Shown: positions 48,109 through 63,440, counted from the first letter of the stretch. The stretch: 64,000 nt of DNA from Macrostomum lignano (GCA_002269645.1 NIVC01000667.1:1-64000); one strand, 5' to 3'. Notes: a model not told the origin generated them from the sequence alone. Numbers and translations are program-made.

Positions 48109-48891
48109 TCAGGCCTCTTCAATCTCATTTGTGACCGCGCCCAATTTTACAACTCTCCTAGATAAAGCATCTCCGGCTTCACTCTGCTGCTTTTGCTCCA
48201 GACGCTGCTGCTGCTGCTGTTGCTGTTGCTGCTTTCGTCTGGCTGCCAAAGCAGCAGCCTTTGTCTGATTCACGGACGAGCTGAAGGCCAGCCGAGCCGC
48301 CAGCACCAGACTGTGGCAGTCGGAGACGCTGGCGCACAGGAAGACGTGGCATGTCGGGTTCATGGCGACTGTTCTCGCTGGTTGCTGCTGCTGCTGCTGC
48401 TGCTGCTGCACCGCCGAAGATTTCACGGCGATCTCCACGGAAACCAAACAGAACAGTCTTGGCATTCTGGTCTCCATAGCTACGTAGGATATAGTTTCGA
48501 TAGGATGGAAGGTGGAGGAACCGGATTCTTGATCTTCAACGCTCAGACCGTGCGGTAGGACCGTCAGCTGCACTCTGGGCAGCTGAGTCGCCAGCTTGCC
48601 CGACGCCTGGCTGCTGCGCCTCAGCCGAGCCACCGCCTTGGCCAGCTGATCAACCGGGCCTCGGACACTGTCCGAGCCCCCGATGCCGGCCGCCGGAGCG
48701 AAGCCAAGTCGCTTAACTACGCTGACCGTCGGCAGGGTGACCTCTGCCGAATCCTTCAGCTGCTCGGAGGCAGCAGAGGCAGCTCCTTGAACTGATTCTG
48801 CTGGCGATGACTCCGCAAGCAGAAACTCATTGAAGTATTCATCTTCATCAATATCGTCTGCAGCTTCTGGTTCAAGGTGTCCTTCAGACAT
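48109..48891 (-). CDS. Intronless PTB/PID (phosphotyrosine-interaction) domain adaptor protein (260 aa)
   Basis: VVKRLGFAPAAG..GSDSVRGPVDQL...RVQLTVLPHGLSVED...HPIETISYVAMETRMPRLFCLV...TCHVFLCAS..CHSLVLAARLAF matches PID topology; acidic N-terminus, poly-Q; ATATAAAA ~55 bp upstream (48950-48943). Confidence 0.82.
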   Translation of the reverse strand: MSEGHLEPEAADDIDEDEYFNEFLLAESSPAESVQGAASAASEQLKDSAEVTLPTVSVVKRLGFAPAAGIGGSDSVRGPVDQLAKAVARLRRSSQASGKLATQLPRVQLTVLPHGLSVEDQESGSSTFHPIETISYVAMETRMPRLFCLVSVEIAVKSSAVQQQQQQQQQPARTVAMNPTCHVFLCASVSDCHSLVLAARLAFSSSVNQTKAAALAARRKQQQQQQQQQRLEQKQQSEAGDALSRRVVKLGAVTNEIEEA

Positions 48892-49477
48892 GTTTCCGCG
48901 GACTTCTGGAATTGAGTCAGCCAGGTCCTATTGTCCAACTGGTTTTATATTCCACTCTCAGCTCTCCCTTTCTCTCTCTCTCTCATTTCGCCCCGGCTCC
49001 TCAATACTTGAGCAGTTCCTGAGTAGGGGGCAGGCGGTGTGTCCAAAATAGAAAAAAATGACCAAAAGAGCCATTCCTGCATGCGCGTAGCTCCCTCAAC
49101 TTGGCAAAGTCCTTTCTTTCAGAGCGTGCTAAACATGAAGTTGCACGGCACAGGGTCTGAGAACAGCCCACGCATGAGGTGACTAAGAAGGAGATTAACA
49201 CTGTGAAAATTCCCGCGAAAATGACCAAAAAACTATATTTTCATGCTCACGACCGACCATATTCTACAGGGGTTGATCGTGTGGCAAACAGGCAAGCTGT
49301 GAGAAATTATTATAATTTATTGCGATTAAGGTGAGCTTTTTTTGCAAGTCATAAAACTGCAGCGAGAATGACTTTGGCTTAGGTGGCATTACCTTGAGTT
49401 ACAGAATTAATTTACATATTTTGCATGCTGAATCAGTGCATGCGGATTGCTGATTGCTCAAGCTTAACTCCCATTTC

Positions 49478-49975
49478 CCTAGATCCCCCATCTCCCCTAT
49501 ACTTGATTCCCCATCTCTCATATACTAGATTCCCCATCTCCCTATACTAGATTCCCCATCTCCCTATACTAGATCCCCCATCTCCCCTATACTTGATTCC
49601 CCATCTCTCATATACTAGATTCCCCATCTCCCTTATACTAGATTCCCCATCTCCCTATACTAGATTCCCCATCTCCCCTATACTAGATTCCCCATCTCCC
49701 CTATATTAGATTCCCCATCTCCCTTATACTAGATTCCCCATCTCCCCTATACTAGATTCCCCATCTCCCCTATACTAGATTCCCCATCTCCCCTATACTA
49801 GATTCCCCATCTCCCCCATACTAGATTCCCCACCTCCCCTATACTAGATTCCCCACCTCCCCCATACTAGATTCCCCACCTCCCCTATACTAGATTCCCC
49901 ATCTCCCCTATACTAGATTCCCCACCTCCCCTATACTAGATTCCCCACCTCCCCTATACTAGATTCCCCATCTCA
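49478..49975 (-). repeat. Inverted copy of the 23-bp satellite (~21 units); right arm
   Basis: ATCTCCCCTATACTAGATTCCCC units; ends CCCCATCTCA, the reverse complement of the left-arm terminus. Confidence 0.95.
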
Positions 49976-50519
49976 ATACCAATGTCACGGAGATTCAAAC
50001 AGGCTTCCAGATTGAAACTTTCCCATGGATACAGAATTAAAATTTTTTTTTTAAATCCGATGCGAGTATTAGTTTCAGTCCCTTGCCTAGCAATTCGGCT
50101 GTCCACCTTGGCTAGCAACTAGACTTTGCCAGCCGATTGCGGTGGAGTCTTACGAGTGCGTTTGCCACTTTTTTGTCACTAGCCAAGGTGGCACTACTTT
50201 GCTCAGGAAATCTGCTTCGAGAAGAGAAAAATATCGTATAAAAAGTACAAATTATAGGAATCGACTCGGAGAGTGGTGGGCCCGCTCACTTCCGAAATTC
50301 GGCACGCCAATCTTATTTCAGAAGCAGATGCCAGTCTGCAAAGGCAAATATAAATTTAGCTCGCATACTGTGTGGCTGACAGCCGCCTTGTTATATTCGA
50401 ATGTCTTTTTTGTAGTCCTGCCGTACAGAGGGTGATGCGTAACCTCAGACTGCATGCCTGCATCCACTGGGTATCCTGGATTTGCACTTTTGTCTACCTC
50501 CCTGGTTCTCCCTCTACCT

Positions 50520-51255
50520 CAATACCTCCCCTCTTTCCACCGCCCCCTCCCCTCACTCTCCCTCTAACTCTCCCACTCACTCTCACTCTTACTCTCACTC
50601 TCACTCTCACTCTCCCTCTCACTCTCTCACTCTCCTCCCTCTCCCTCTTCCTCTTCCTCTCCATCTCCCTCTCTCTCTCCCTCTCTCTCCCTCTCCCTCT
50701 CTCTCCCTCTCCCTCTCTCTCTCTCCTCTCTCTCCCTCTCCCCCTCTCTCCCTCTCCCTCTCTTTCTCTCTCCTCTCTCTCCCTCTCTCTCCCTCTCTCC
50801 TCTCCCTCTCTCTCCCTCTCCCTCTCTCTCTCTCCTCTCTCTCCCTCTCCCCCTCTCTCCCTCTCCTCTCTCTCCCTCTCCCCCTCTCTCCCCTCCTCTC
50901 TCCCTCTACCCCTCTCTCCCTCTCCTCTCTCCCTCTCCCCCTCTCTCCTCTCCTCTCTCTCCCTCTCCCCCTCTCTCCCTCTCCTCTCTCTCCCTCTACC
51001 CCTCTCTCCCTCTCCTCTCTCTCCCTCTCCCCCTCTCTCCCTCTCCCTCTCCCCCTCTCCCTCTCCCTCTCCTCTCTCTCCCTCTCCCCCTCTCTCCCTC
51101 TCCCTCTCCCCCCTCTCCCTCTCCTCTCTCTCCCTCTCCCCTCTCTCCCTCTCCTCTCTCTCCTCTACCCCTCTCTCCCTCTCCCCCTCTCTCCCTCTCC
51201 CTCTCCCTATCCTGTCTCTCTCTTGCTTTTTTTCTCCCTCTCCCTCTCTCCCTCA
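50520..51255. repeat. CT-rich low-complexity tract
   Basis: Polypyrimidine; spurious LSPS ORFs. Confidence 0.93.
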
Positions 51256-51796
51256 ACCCCTTCCTGCTGCACAGCTGGACCATTCAATTCCATTCTCCCG
51301 CATTATGCAACATCGGCGCTCTGGTTGCCAAAGTGAGGGACGATGATGGCCGCTTACACCAAGGAAGGGGCCATCTGGGAGCAGCTCTGCCACACGCAAA
51401 CGGAACCAGCCACTTGATTAATGTTTTTTCGACTCTCGATATGTATTCTCAAGAATTGTTTTCATGTGCATGCTTTCAAAACCATATTTTGTCATCTCTA
51501 TCAGTGCTTGATTACTACTGCACTTTTATCTGATATTTTAAACTTTATGTATGTTTTGAGCTTACATTCGCACTTTTTCTATCCGCTTGAATGCAGCTCT
51601 CACTCTCAACTCCTCTCCATCTCAATGTTTTTGCATAGATCGTGCAAATACGTTGTCAGCTTCTCAAAATTTTATTTTTACTTGTTTTTGCCCGGGGGGT
51701 AGAAATTGTATTTATCAAAATACCGGCAAACCCTATTTCTGCCACGTTTCTCTGTCCTTTTGCTTTTACCTTGTCAGCGCGTTCGGGATTGGATAT

Positions 51797-52848
51797 CTCA
51801 ACCTCTCACCCTCTCCTCCCCTCTCCCTCTTCCTCTCCTTCTCTCCCTCTCCTTCTCTCCCTCTCCCTCTCCTTCTTTCCCTCTCCCTCTCCTTCTCTCC
51901 CTCTCCCTCTCCTTCTCTCCCTCTCCCTCTCCTTCTCTCCCTCTCCCTCTCCTTCTCCCTCTCCTTCTCTCCCTCTCCCTCTCCCTCTCCCTCTCCTTCT
52001 CTCCCTCTCCTCTCCTTCTCCCTCTCCTTCTCTCCCTCTCCCTCTCCTTCTCTCCCTCTCCCTCTCCTTCTCTCCCTCTCCCTCTCCTTCTCTCCCTCTC
52101 CCTCTCCTTCTCTCCCTCTCCTCTCCTTCTCTCCCTCTCCCTCTCCTTCTCTCCCTCTCCTTCTCTCCCTCTCCCTCTCCCTCTCTCCCTCTCCCTCTCC
52201 TTCTCTCCCTCTCCCTCTCCTTCTCTCCCTCTCCCTCTCCTTCTCTCCCTCTCCCTCTCCTTCTCTCCCTCTCCCTCTCCTTCTCTCCCTCTCCCTCTCC
52301 TTCTCTCCCTCTCCCTCTCCTTCTCTCCCTCTCCCTCTCCTTCTCTCCCTCTCCCTCTCCTTCTCCCTCTCCTTCTCTCCCTCTCCCTCTCCCTCTCCCT
52401 CTCCTTCTCTCCCTCTCCCTCTCCTTCTCCCTCTCCTTCTCTCCCTCTCCTCTCCTTCTCTCCCTCTCCCTCTCCTTCTCTCCCTCTCCCTCTCCTTCTC
52501 TCCCTCTCCCTCTCCTTCTCTCCCTCTCCCTCTCCTTCTCTCCCTCTCCCTCTCCTTCTCTCCCTCTCCTTCTCTCCTCTCCCTCTCCCTCTCTCCCTCT
52601 CCCTCTCCTTCTCTCCCTCTCCCTCTCCTTCTCTCCCTCTCCCTCTCCTTCTCTCCCTCTCCCTCTCCTTCTCTCTCTCTCCCTCTCCTTCTCTCCCTCT
52701 CCCTCCCTTCTCTCCCTCTCCCTCTCCTTCTCTCCCTCTCCCTCTCCTTCTCTCCCTCTCCCTCTCCTTCTCTCCCTCTCCCTCTCCCTCTCTCCCTCTC
52801 CCTCTCCTTCTCTCCCTCTCCCTCTCCTTCTCTCCCTCTCCCTCTCCT
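51797..52848. repeat. CT-rich (CTCTCC/CTTCTC) tract
   Basis: Polypyrimidine; spurious ORFs on both strands. Confidence 0.95.
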
Positions 52849-53159
52849 TATTATTCTCCTTTTTATTCGATAAAATCCCATCATTGGATTTGCTATTCAC
52901 TATCTATCTTACCTAAAATACTCGTAGACCCTGCTCAGAGAAGAAAATCAGCAGAGAAACCAAAATGTCAAGGATAGAAAAGCAGGATTAAGTATCAATA
53001 CTTTCATTCTAGTGAAGACATCGGTCCACCGAATGTCTTTTTCTACAGATTCCATTAGTCTGTGACAGATGAAATCCTGGCTGTGCTCACCCAGCTGCCA
53101 ATTAAATATTAAAAGCTGTTCTTTTTTTGGAACAACGATATTCAGCTTTACTAACAGGC

Positions 53160-54605
53160 AAACACCAGCCTCACTGACACACCAGCCTCACTGACACACC
53201 AGCCTCACTGACACATCAGCCTCACTGACACACCCAGCCCCTCACTGACACACCAGCCTCACTGACACACCAGCCTCACTGACACACCCAGCCTCACTGA
53301 CACACCCAGCCTCACTGACACACCCAGCCTCACTGACACACCCAGCCTCACTGACACACCCAGCCTCACTGACACACCCAGCCTCACTGACACACCCAGC
53401 CTCACTGACACACCCAGCCTCACTGACACACCCAGCCTCACTGACACACCCAGCCTCACTGACACACCCAGCCTCACTGACACACCAGCCTCACTGACAC
53501 ACCCAGCCTCACTGACACACCCAGCCTCACTGACACACCAGCCTCAATGACACACCCAGCCTCACTGACACACCAGCCTCAATGACACACCCAGCCTCAC
53601 TGACACACCCAGCCTCACTGACACACCCAGCCTCAATGACACACCAGCCTCACTGACACACCCAGCCTCACTGACACACCAGCCTCACTGACACACCCAG
53701 CCTCACTGACACACCAGCCTCACTGATACACCCAGCCTCACTGACACACCCAGCCTCAATGACACACCAGCCTCACTGACACACCCAGCCTCACTGACAC
53801 ACCAGCCTCACTGACACACCAGCCTCACTGACACACCAGCCTCACTGACACACCAGCCTCACTGACACACCAGCCTCACTGACACACAAGCCTCACTGAC
53901 ACACCAGCCTCACTGACACACCAGCCTCACTGACACACCCAGCCTCACTGACACACCAGCCTCACTGACACACCCAGCCTCACTGACACACCCAGCCTCA
54001 CTGACACACCAGCCTCACTGACACACCAGCCTCACTGACACACCCAGCCTCACTGACACCAGCCTCACTGACACACCCAGCCTCACTGACACACCAGCCT
54101 CACTGACACACCCAGCCTCACTGACACACCAGCCTCACTGACACACCAGCCTCACTGACACACCAGCCTCACTGACACACCAGCCTCACTGACACACCCA
54201 GCCTCACTGACACACCAGCCTCACTGACACACCCAGCCTCACTGACACACCAGCCTCACTGACACACCAGCCTCACTGACACACCAGCCTCACTGACACA
54301 CCAGCCTCACTGACACACCAGCCTCACTGACACACCAGCCTCACTGACACACCCAGCCTCACTGACACACCAGCCTCACTGACACACCAGCCTCACTGAC
54401 ACACCAGCCTCACTGACACACCAGCCTCACTGACACACCAGCCTCACTGACACACCAGCCTCACTGACACACCAGCCTCACTGACACACCAGCCTCACTG
54501 ACACACCCAGCCTCACTGACACACCAGCCTCACTGACACACCAGCCTCACTGACACACCAGCCTCACTGACACACCAGCCTCACTGACACACTAGCCCCC
54601 CACTG
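53160..54605. repeat. 18/19-bp minisatellite (CCAGCCTCACTGACACAC)
   Basis: Direct reading. Confidence 0.95.
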
Positions 54606-55019
54606 ACACGTAGATGGTAGAGGAGACAGTTAAGGTGAATATTCGCGGACCCTAAGACAGCTTCTTCCGCCTGCATGTTTCCTTTTCCATTTCCATGTTT
54701 TCCATGGATTTAAAATTGATTTTTGATTAAATCTTTGCGTCACTGAAAGTTGGCAAGGGAAAGATAGCCCCCATAAAGATGCTGCTACCTGAGCCCTCTC
54801 CTCTACCGCCTTCTGCCCGCATTCTTCATCATCCTTTTACCCTCCATTTCTCCTCAATCAATTCTCCTCCTTCTTTCAAAGCCCCTGCACGCAAGGCAGG
54901 AAAAGGCCAATTTTCTTTATTATTCCTTTCCTGCGAAAGCGCTGACTGTTTATTGAGTCTGGCTGTCTGCATGCGACTCTCGGCTGCAGAATTCTCTCCA
55001 GTATGTTTCCGGGGATTCC

Positions 55020-55558
55020 GGGCGATTCTTTACTGGGGTGATTCTTTACTGGGGCGATTTTTTACTAGGGCGATTCTTTACTGGGGCGATTCTTTACTGG
55101 GGCGATTTTTTACTGGGGCGATTCTTTACTGGGGCGATTCTTTACTGGGGCGATTCTTTACTGGGGCGATTTTTTACTGGGGCGATTCTTTACTGGGGCG
55201 ATTCTTTACTGGGGCGATTCTTTACTGGGGCGATTCTTTACTGGGGCGATTCTTTACTGGGGCGATTCTTTACTGGGGCGATTCTTTACTAAGGCGATTC
55301 TTTACTGGGGCGATTCTTTACTAAGGCGATTCTTTACTGGGGCGATTCTTTACTGGGGCGATTATTTACTAGGGCGATTCTTTACTGGGGCGATTATTTA
55401 TTAGGGCGATTCTTTACTAGGGCGATTCTTTTCTGGGGCGATTATTTACTGGGGCGATTCTTTACTGGGGCGATTATTTACTGGGGCGATTCTTTACTGG
55501 GGCGATTCTTTACTGGGGCGATTCTTTACTGGGGCGATTCTTTACTGGGGCGATTCTT
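55020..55558. repeat. 16-bp minisatellite (CGATTCTTTACTGGGG)
   Basis: Direct reading. Confidence 0.95.
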
Positions 55559-55989
55559 TGCCTTTCTCATACTTGATCTTCCAGTATGACTTTATAAGAC
55601 TTCCTAAGACTTTCTTAAATAAATTTCTACGATAGGATGTCAAGTTAAGACTCAGGTGAGCAGAATCTGTCTGCTTTGAGTTGAAAATTACATCGTCCTC
55701 TCTTTTGCTGTAAATTACCCTGCCTGTGTAATATAACCCAAAGAAAATCTGCTTCTAGAAGAAGAAAGTCTTAGAAGAGTTCAAATTAGGGCAAACGACT
55801 GAAGACAAGCGTAGCAACTAAGACGGAGTTGGCCTTCTCTCTTCGAAAAAAAATTTAGTATACCCGCCAATCTTCTTTTGAAAGCAGATGCAAGTCTTCG
55901 AAGGCAGGTGGCCAGCACCATAACTTATCATGCCATACTTTTATGCGGCATTTAACTAGTCAGCACACTGCACTGTCAAACAATATTAT

Positions 55990-56660
55990 CCCTCTCACTC
56001 TCCCTCTCCCTCTCACTCTCCCTCTCCCTCTCACTCTCCCTCTCCCTCTCACTCTCCCTCTCCCTCTCACTCTCCCTCTGCCTCTCACTCTCCCTCTCCC
56101 TCTCCGTCTCACTCTCCCTCTCACTCTCCCTCTCCGTCTCACTCTCCCTCTCACTCTCCCTCTCCCTCTCCGTCTCACTCTCCCTCTCCGTCTCACTCTC
56201 CCTCTCCCTCTCCGTCTCACTCTCCCTCTCCCTCTCACTCTCCCTCTCCCTCTCACTCTCCCTCTCCCTCTGCCTCTCACTCTCCCTCTGACTCTCACTC
56301 TCCCTCTGCCTCTCACTCTCCCTCTGCCTCTCACTCTCCCTCTGCCTCTCACTCTCCCTCTGCCTCTCACTCTCCCTCTGCCTCTCACTCTCCCTCTCCT
56401 TCTCACTCTCCCTCTCCCTCTCACTCTCCCTCTCCCTCTACCTCTCCCTCTCCCTCTCCCTTTCCCTCCTCTCTCCCTCACCCTCTCCCTCTCCCTCTCC
56501 TCACCTTCTAACTCACCCTCTCCCTCTCCCTCTACCTCACCCTCTCCCTCTCCTTCTACCTCTCCCTCTACCTCATCCTCTAACTCACCCTCCTTTCACT
56601 CTCCCTCTCTTTTCTTCTCCCTCTCCGTCTTCATCTCGCTCTCCCTCTCCCATCCTTCTT
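55990..56660. repeat. CT-rich (CTCTCC/CTCACT) tract
   Basis: Direct reading. Confidence 0.93.
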
Positions 56661-57799
56661 TCCTTCGTTCCCAATAAAAACATAGATAGAAAATTTGTAA
56701 GAAATTTTTTAATGCAACAAAAAGCAACAACACGGTGAAAATATTTAATCAGATTTTAATTAAACAAAAAATCGATTTGAAGAGATCGTGTGACTGAATT
56801 TCGCGAAACTGGAGTAAATTATCTGCAGCATTCTTAAATTTTTTTCTCCTTAATTACGATATAAACAATAGGAAAAATGCTGACAAAAGTACAATTTAAG
56901 TCATTTGTTTTAAGTGTAAAGTTCTCGCAAGAATTTACGAGCTAAAATTGAATAAAGTTAAAAAATTGCTCGCCGCACATCTTTGATAAAGCCTTTCAAA
57001 AAATTTACAGATTTGCCAATTAAAGCAAGATTTAAAACTTTACTTTATGGTGTGGTTGTTAAATTAGTGAATAATTTACAGAGGATTTTAAATCTTTAGT
57101 TCAATGATAAGGTTTTTTAATTAAAAAAATACTTAAAGAACAAGAAGTCAACAAATCGCAGACAGGGATGCATTATGACAAAGTTTTCCTTGCCTAACGA
57201 CAATTAATAAAAAAAGTTGAAATTCTTTGATTTTGTTAAACCTTGTGGCGCGAATTTAAATTTTTGTAATTAACTCCTTGACAAAACTCCTTGACAAAAC
57301 TTCCTAAAGAAATTCAATTCCGCACAAGTCGTACATGTACTCCACGGACACATGAAATAAAACAAATTGGGACTGCGACTGAAAAAATACAGAACTTTTA
57401 TAATTTATTTTTGTTTTCCGGACAAAACAATGCATGTACAAGATAAAAAGGGGTAAAATTTGGTGATATATACATTTTTTAAAATGTCTTTTTCTACGAA
57501 ACAAGACGAACTGCACGAGTCTTTTGTATAATTGTATTACATGTAAATCAATATAATACAGGTTACATTATAATAAAATAATTAAAATAAACAATTAAAA
57601 TCCAGGCTTTAATTAAAAAGTAACAAAATCATGAAACACTTTTCCAAACCTTGATGACACACCTAAAAAGTATAAATAGTACATTCCAAAAATCCTAAGA
57701 GAACACACGAAGCTATTAATTATCAATTATCAATTAACAATTATAAGTAACTTGTACACCACTACTTCAGTAATGTACAACAAAGCTTATGTAGAATTA

Positions 57800-58106
57800 C
57801 ACACCAACCATCTGCAGATTACACACCAACCATCTGCAGATTACACACCAACCATCTGCAGATTACACACCAACCATCTGCAGATTACACACCAACCATC
57901 TGCAGATTACACACCAACCATCTGCAGAATTACACACCAACCATCTGCAGATTACACACCAACCATCTGCAGATTACACACCAACCATCTGTAGATTACA
58001 CACCAACCATCTGCAGATTACACACCAACCATCTGCAGATTACACACCAACCATCTGCAGATTACACACCAACCATCTGTAGATTACACACCAACCATCT
58101 GCAGAG
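57800..58106. repeat. 22-bp minisatellite (GATTACACACCAACCATCTGCA) overlapping the GPCR stop codon
   Basis: On the minus strand each unit reads CTGCAGATGGTTGGTGTGTAAT = LQMVGV*. Confidence 0.95.
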
Positions 58107-59622
58107 TTGGTTGGCCTCTCAAGCAGGCTTGAACGCACAGTTTAACACACCGACTTCTCCGTGGCCATCTTGACCGTCTTCCTGCTGACCCGGCCTCCTG
58201 GCCAGAAGAGCCTCGGTCCTGGCTGCCTGGTAGGCCAGCATCAACCAGAGCGGCTTTGTTGGTGGCCGCCGCCTTCACAGCCGCCATTTTGAAGGCCCGC
58301 TGATCGCGCAGGTGAATCTCCATCCGGGCGTTGACTGCGTTGGCAGCGGCGGCTGCCACTGCCGCCTGCTCGCGCTTGTTGGCCCGGTAGCGGCAGTGCA
58401 ACCTGGCGCCTCTGGCAGCTCCGGGACCTCCGCCAACAAAGACGTTGCCTCCGCCGCCTCCGCCGCCGCGGCCGCCACCGCCGCATCGGCAGCGACAACA
58501 CCGACAGAGAATCTGGCGCAGGGCCCGTCGGAACCGGGCATTCAGGCCGGCATAGATGATCGGATTGTACCAGATGTTGCTCATCGCGATCCAGTAGCAG
58601 ATGCCGTGCAACAGGATTTCGTTCCTCGGCTCCTGGACGCTGCGCCAGTTGCTGCTGATGACGAAGAGGTGCAGCGGGGACCAGCTGATGAAGAACAGCA
58701 CCACGACTAGCAGCAGCATCAGGATGGTGCGCCTCCTGGTGGCTAGACTCACGTTTGAGGCTCCTCCGTGTGCGACAGTGTCGCTGCCGCCGGCTTCCTC
58801 CAGCGCGTGGTTGGAAATCCACAGCGTCTTGATGACCCTGGCGTAAGCTGCGCAGATCAGCAGCAGCGGCAGCAGGTACTGCAAAGCGAATGCCGTGCAG
58901 GTGAACATCAGACGGCGGCTGGCCGAAGACTCGCCAGCAATGAAGGCGCACACGGAGTCCATTCTGAAGTCGTACACCCGCCGGCTGGAGCTGGCGTTCA
59001 GCTTGTCGAAACTCTCAACCGTCGGGGACCCGAAGATAAACGTCGGCATGACACTGACGGTGGCGAGAAGGCAGGCGACAGCCCAGGAGATGCCAGCCAT
59101 GGTGTACACAGCCAACTTGGTGAGACGCGGCTTCAGCGGCGACACGATCACCCGGTGACGCTCGAAGGCGATGCAGACGAGTACGAAGGAGGCGGCGCTG
59201 GTGCACAGGCTGTTGGTGAAGTAGGCAAGGGCGCAGCCAGCCTTGCCGAGACGCCAGCCGTCGAACTGCGCCAGCGACTTCAGCAGGTTGATGGGCACGG
59301 AGAGGCACGCGAGGAGCATCTGGGCGACCGACAGGTTCAACAGGAAGATGTTCGTAGCGCTGCGCAACTGCGGTTTCCGCTGGATGACCAGACAGACCAA
59401 GCCGTTGCCGATGATGGAGACTAGCGCCATGGCAACAATCAGAGCGGCTATCAGCTCGCGAACCGGCCCGATTAGAATGGCTAATCGGCTTCTAAACTCC
59501 GAACTGGCCTGGTTCAATCGGTTCAAGTAGTCGGTGATGTTGATCGAACCGGATATGTTCGCGCTGCTCAGGTGGCGGAGGAACAGCTCGGGGTCCAGCC
59601 CGCCAGAGGCTTGTGGAGCCAT
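58084..59622 (-). CDS. Intronless class A GPCR of neuropeptide-receptor type (NPY/NPF-RYamide-tachykinin-like)
   Basis: Seven TMs: GNGLV; NIFLLNLSVAQML; W.LG...C; IAFERHRVIVSPLKPRLT; W in TM4; QYLLPLLLICAAYARV; FFISWSPL; WIAMSNIWYNPIIYAGLNARFR. The first ATG is at 59622 (the track start 59751 is TTG); N-glycosylation sequons near the N-terminus. Confidence 0.92.
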   Translation of the reverse strand: MAPQASGGLDPELFLRHLSSANISGSINITDYLNRLNQASSEFRSRLAILIGPVRELIAALIVAMALVSIIGNGLVCLVIQRKPQLRSATNIFLLNLSVAQMLLACLSVPINLLKSLAQFDGWRLGKAGCALAYFTNSLCTSAASFVLVCIAFERHRVIVSPLKPRLTKLAVYTMAGISWAVACLLATVSVMPTFIFGSPTVESFDKLNASSSRRVYDFRMDSVCAFIAGESSASRRLMFTCTAFALQYLLPLLLICAAYARVIKTLWISNHALEEAGGSDTVAHGGASNVSLATRRRTILMLLLVVVLFFISWSPLHLFVISSNWRSVQEPRNEILLHGICYWIAMSNIWYNPIIYAGLNARFRRALRQILCRCCRCRCGGGGRGGGGGGGNVFVGGGPGAARGARLHCRYRANKREQAAVAAAAANAVNARMEIHLRDQRAFKMAAVKAAATNKAALVDAGLPGSQDRGSSGQEAGSAGRRSRWPRRSRCVKLCVQACLRGQPTLQMVGV

Positions 59623-60029
59623 TTTTTCCTGTTTATTTTGAAGGGCTGTGAGACAAGGCTTGGCAAAGATTGTGTGCTTATGGCTGTAGGGGTTTGATGA
59701 AGATGGGTTAGGGACTCGTATATATTTGCGGATGTCATCAGATTTAGCCAATGGGAGTCTTCCAAGCGGCCGGGATTCGAGTTTTCTACTGGCTATAATG
59801 AAACGCCAACGCTTGATCCTAATTTGGGAAGCGTAGCCCCGTGTTTTGGCATGAATCGGATGCTTTTAGACTACTTATAGTAATTGGAGAGAGTATGAAA
59901 CTTTAATGGCTGATTAATAGTGTTCGATTGGGAAATCATTAACAAGGGTAATCCGCTAGGATTATCGGCTTGGGTTATCAATTAAAGATAATCAGCTAGG
60001 ATTATCGACGGGAATTATCGAGAAGATTA

Positions 60030-60375
60030 TCGACTAGGATTATCGACTAGGATTATCGACTAGGATTATCGATTGAGATTATTGACTGGGATTATCAACT
60101 GGGATTATAGGTTAGGATTATCCACTTGGATTATCAACTAGGATTATAAATTGAGATTATTGACTAGGATTATCAACTAGGATTATCGACTAGGATTATC
60201 GACTAGGATTATCGATTGAGATTATTGACTAGGATTGTCGACTAGGATTATCGACTAGGATTATCGACTAGGATTATCGACTAGGATTATCGACTAGGAG
60301 TATCGATTGAGATTATCGACTAGGATTATCGACTAGGATTACGAATAAAATTATCGATTAAGATTATCGACTAAA
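60030..60375. repeat. 13-bp minisatellite (CGACTAGGATTAT)
   Basis: Direct reading. Confidence 0.92.
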
Positions 60376-60762
60376 TGTATCAGCTACAATTATCAAGAGT
60401 TCAGTGGATACTATCACCATAGATCTAAAAGCCAAATACATTAATCAGGACAAATCCATATTCATAATCTTTTCAGACAGCAAACTTGGCAACACTCGTC
60501 AGCTATCAATGCAGATTGTTCGTGCGCATTGCTTTAAGCAATATTGCTCTGAGAGAGCCCAGTCATTCGGAACTGGGCAGATTTATTGCTTCCTGTCTCT
60601 GCCGTGTGCGGCTGCTCTTTCTCTGTACAGCCTGCACTGCACCAAAACTTCCCATGCATTGACGTGCAGAGTTCGGAGCACACGAACGAACTGCAGTTGC
60701 CCTTCTTTGTAGCATAATTTATTGCGACTGCGTGTGCTACTGAAGTAAGAAGGCTTTACAGA

Positions 60763-61798
<1,036 letters not shown>

Positions 61799-62469
61799 AG
61801 TTTGCCTCTGTGCAGCCAGCCTGTCAGGCCCCACCCGCAGGTCCCCAGCAGCTGGGCCAGCCCTGCTAAAATAGTGCGGAGTCAGAGAGCCTTGCTGCCC
61901 CACTGGCTGAGCCCAGCTAATGCAGCCAACCCAGCCGATCCGAAAAGCAATTCGATGCATTAAAATGCGCCAAAAATTATAATTCACTTTGTTTTAATGA
62001 GCCAATGCAAAAAAAGCAATTCATTCATTTTTCTATTTTTCACTACGACTAAGTGCTTTCTTCTTTGTTAGAGATCTCTGCAACAGAAAGTACATTTATG
62101 AAACATGAATTGCTAATTGACCATTCCGAACTAAAACATCAAGCTATAATACTGATTTCATCAATAAAAACGATCAGAAGAGCAGCATGCATGTTAGTGT
62201 GTAATGAGTTGCGGATTGCTCCGATCCAGTGCATCATGGCTCATCCTGCTTGCGATCTAAATAAGTAGGGAAACTTATTTTAAGAACCTTGAAGCTCTTA
62301 ATAAATTTGATGCAGCAGGCTGTTAACGAGATTGAGCGGCTGTGGGAATCATTGCGGCTCTGTGACTTTACTTAATGTTTAGCCATAGCTTTACATTTAA
62401 ATCTTTTCATTCCTTAAATCTATCAGGGCGCCGTTTCTATCTGCTCTATTCTCTATCTCGTTTGCATAT

Positions 62470-63440
<971 letters not shown>

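Noticed and set aside
47388-48268. ORFs of VFQWVEC / LKDTLHP / GGVCLSV heptads
   Set aside because: Products of a 21-bp minisatellite. The LKDTLHP frame is out of frame with the PTB ORF and no splice link was found.
50372-52977. Long ORFs (284-428 aa) rich in L/S/P or R/E/G
   Set aside because: Translations of stop-free CT/GA microsatellites; the same applies to ORFs at 12017-12766, 55943-56677, 60763-61987 and 62446-63333.
52890-53125. Minus-strand exon-like segment (LGEHSQDFICHRLMES...LNPAFLSLTFWFLC*) ending AG|GTAAGA
   Set aside because: In-frame stop and no partner exons or recognisable family; could be a pseudogene relic but is not supportable.
58241-59530. Alternative-frame and antisense ORFs over the GPCR, LRR, SCAP and PTB genes
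   Set aside because: Shadow ORFs of GC-rich coding sequence.
59623-59751. N-terminal extension of the GPCR given by the ORF track
   Set aside because: Starts at TTG and overlaps TATA/CCAAT-like motifs; the first ATG is at 59622.
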